Below are positions 62,442 through 64,000 of a stretch of 64,000 nt of DNA, in pieces. Both the position numbers and the translations under genes were made by a program. The notes beneath the pieces were generated by a model that was given only the letters and a program-made list of their open reading frames with translations, made no database searches and was not told the origin of the DNA. Source of the DNA: an uncultured Gemmatimonadaceae bacterium (GTDB lineage Bacteria > Gemmatimonadota > Gemmatimonadetes > Gemmatimonadales > Gemmatimonadaceae); NCBI GenBank assembly GCA_963822945.1, contig CAWGJO010000006.1, forward strand, positions 1 through 64,000, written 5' to 3'. The stretch's first letter is position 1; the number at the start of each line of letters is the position of its first letter.

Positions 62442-63173
62442 ATGAGGCATCAGGAGAGTCCTGGCTTGATCCCAGGAGGGGCAACTGAAAGCGACTCAAC
62501 CAGTTCGGTTGGGTCGCATTCTTGTGGTTTCGGGGGGCGCCGCCAGATTGGTCGCTGCCGATTGTGGTCACCGGTTCAACTGGCGACAGACCGGAGGATA
62601 GAATTGACCAGCAGCAAGAGGCCGCCGCGACGTGGAGGGCTCTACAGTCGCCCGAGCCATTGGCGCTCTTGGGTTTTGCGAGATGCTTCAGGGGTGGTCG
62701 TCGGCGCCGTCGCTATTCTCGCGTCCCTGTTCTACTTCAGCTTCAGCTGGAGGAACGTGGGCGCCGGCGTGGCGGTCTTGGTGATCTCGTACGTCTCGCT
62801 GCGCAGCGACCGGGCACGCCTTCGCGCCGTTGAGGCCGAGCAACCTCCGTTACCGCCGCCCGACCCGAATCCCCAGTTCCACTACGTTACGAGCGGCATC
62901 GGGATGGACGGCGGCACGTTCGTGTTCGCGCACGAGGGTCCGCTGCCCATCCGGAACCTCGACGTGGCGTGCAAGCACGGATCGGCCCGCGTGAGCCCGT
63001 CATCCGAGTTGGAGCCAGGCGCGAGGGTGACGGTGTCGATCCGTGGGCTCCGCGCTATCGAACCGACGTTTGGCTTCACCCTCACGTACACGGACGCCAA
63101 CGGGGCTCAGTGCCGTGCAGTGTTCACATCCGTCGCGCGCGACCGCTTCACCATCGAGTACTCCACGGACTGA
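62442..63173 (+). CDS. Hypothetical protein with two TM helices and a beta-rich C-terminus (true start likely further downstream)
   Basis: Two hydrophobic segments, Pro linker, Ig-like tail; the ORF's 5' part overlaps attR and the hairpin. Confidence 0.5.
   Translation: MRHQESPGLIPGGATESDSTSSVGSHSCGFGGRRQIGRCRLWSPVQLATDRRIELTSSKRPPRRGGLYSRPSHWRSWVLRDASGVVVGAVAILASLFYFSFSWRNVGAGVAVLVISYVSLRSDRARLRAVEAEQPPLPPPDPNPQFHYVTSGIGMDGGTFVFAHEGPLPIRNLDVACKHGSARVSPSSELEPGARVTVSIRGLRAIEPTFGFTLTYTDANGAQCRAVFTSVARDRFTIEYSTD
62449..62487 (+). repeat. attR: copy of the tRNA-Gln 3' end
   Basis: ATCAGGAGAGTCCTGGCTTGATCCCAGGAGGGGCAACTG vs ...GGTTCGA... in the tRNA. Confidence 0.92.
62491..62524 (+). terminator. 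Terminator-like hairpin after attR
   Basis: GCGACTCAACC-AGTTC-GGTTGGGTCGC then ATTCTT. Confidence 0.65.
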
Positions 63174-63384
63174 GCGAGGCGTGCCCGTGATCCAAGGTTG
63201 GGTCGCGTTTTATTGTGTCTTCGGGCGGCTCCCCCAGATTGGCGCCTGAAGGTTCCTCGAGGCCGCTTGAGCGGAGAAACAGGCCGCGAGCGCATGCGGG
63301 GAATGGCCATCCGCGGAGGGTGATCTCGTTGACGTTGACCCAGAAGAGTGATCTGCCGCGCATTGAATCGCCGCTGGGACAATC

Positions 63385-63777
63385 ATGGGCACATTACTCG
63401 GCGTCGTGTTCGGTGGAATCACGGCGATCGGTGCTGCCCACGGTGATTCGACTATTCGTTCCGGCTTGGGCCCAGCGCAAAGTTTCGTGTTGTCACTCGC
63501 TGGGTGGACCTCCAGTGCGACTCTCATCGCTGAACTTTGGAAGCATGCCAGGAGTGAGCGTTCGGCCATTTGGGTGAGCATCGGCTCAGTCGTTCCGTTC
63601 GTGCTGACTTCGCTGATGATCGCGTCTCCCGGCTCCGAGTTTCTCTTGCCACTCGAGGTGGTCTCCTTCATCGTATGTGAAGCAATTGCCGGAGTCGTAG
63701 TCGGGGAACTCGGGTGGAAGTACTTCGGGCCACTGTCCAGCCACGATCAGGAGAACGCTTCCGAAATGCGCGAGTAG
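63385..63777 (+). CDS. Hypothetical membrane protein
   Basis: 130 aa with 3-4 hydrophobic segments. Confidence 0.45.
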   Translation: MGTLLGVVFGGITAIGAAHGDSTIRSGLGPAQSFVLSLAGWTSSATLIAELWKHARSERSAIWVSIGSVVPFVLTSLMIASPGSEFLLPLEVVSFIVCEAIAGVVVGELGWKYFGPLSSHDQENASEMRE

Positions 63778-64000
63778 CGTCTTTTCGGGCGGATTGGTGC
63801 CTGAACATTTTCAGGCCACGCCCGCGGGGTGCCTCACATGGCCGAGTCATCGTTTGCGGGCTCCGGCTAACTCAGATAGGCGGACGTTGCATGCCTCAAT
63901 CCAAGAAGCGAACTGGGCGTGGTGTTGACCCGCTGACGCTGCTTGCAGGCCTGGTCCTCGGGCTCGACTCTATCTTCGGGCTCCTCATCGCCGCAGGCAC

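Larger units (their letters stand above)
57483..62487. mobile_element. ~5 kb integrative element at tRNA-Gln
   Basis: 39-bp direct repeats 57483-57521 and 62449-62487 (37/39 identical); tyrosine integrase next to attL; less GC-biased cargo. Confidence 0.9.

Noticed and set aside
57483..64000. Prophage
   Set aside because: No structural, terminase or replication genes.

Overview
High-GC bacterial chromosomal window, most consistent with Gemmatimonadota (inferred from gene repertoire, not from a marker gene). More than 25 otherwise intact genes carry single-base frameshifts, and the first ~60 nt look adapter-like, so this is probably an unpolished long-read assembly. It holds about 65 CDS, mostly housekeeping, envelope or metal-related: an ECF sigma/anti-sigma/3x DUF4097 locus, csp, nitrilase, an SSS-nucleotidyltransferase-GHMP kinase operon, phhA/phhB, mntH-usp-mntR, a MacB/FtsX-type ABC cluster, mgtE and rnz. 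It also holds tRNA-Ala(CGC), tRNA-Gln(CTG) and a ~5 kb integrase element bounded by a 39-bp duplication of the tRNA-Gln 3' end. Best discovery candidates: (1) a Trp/Tyr-rich leader peptide with terminator/antiterminator upstream of phenylalanine hydroxylase; (2) a stand-alone N6-DNA-methyltransferase + SNF2 helicase pair; (3) two families of palindromic tandem-repeat elements (8-mer and 16-mer), one inserted in-frame in a gene; (4) a sugar salvage operon whose kinase has altered substrate motifs; (5) pervasive leaderless-type promoters; (6) a structured mgtE leader. Product calls are from motif recognition only; no searches were run.
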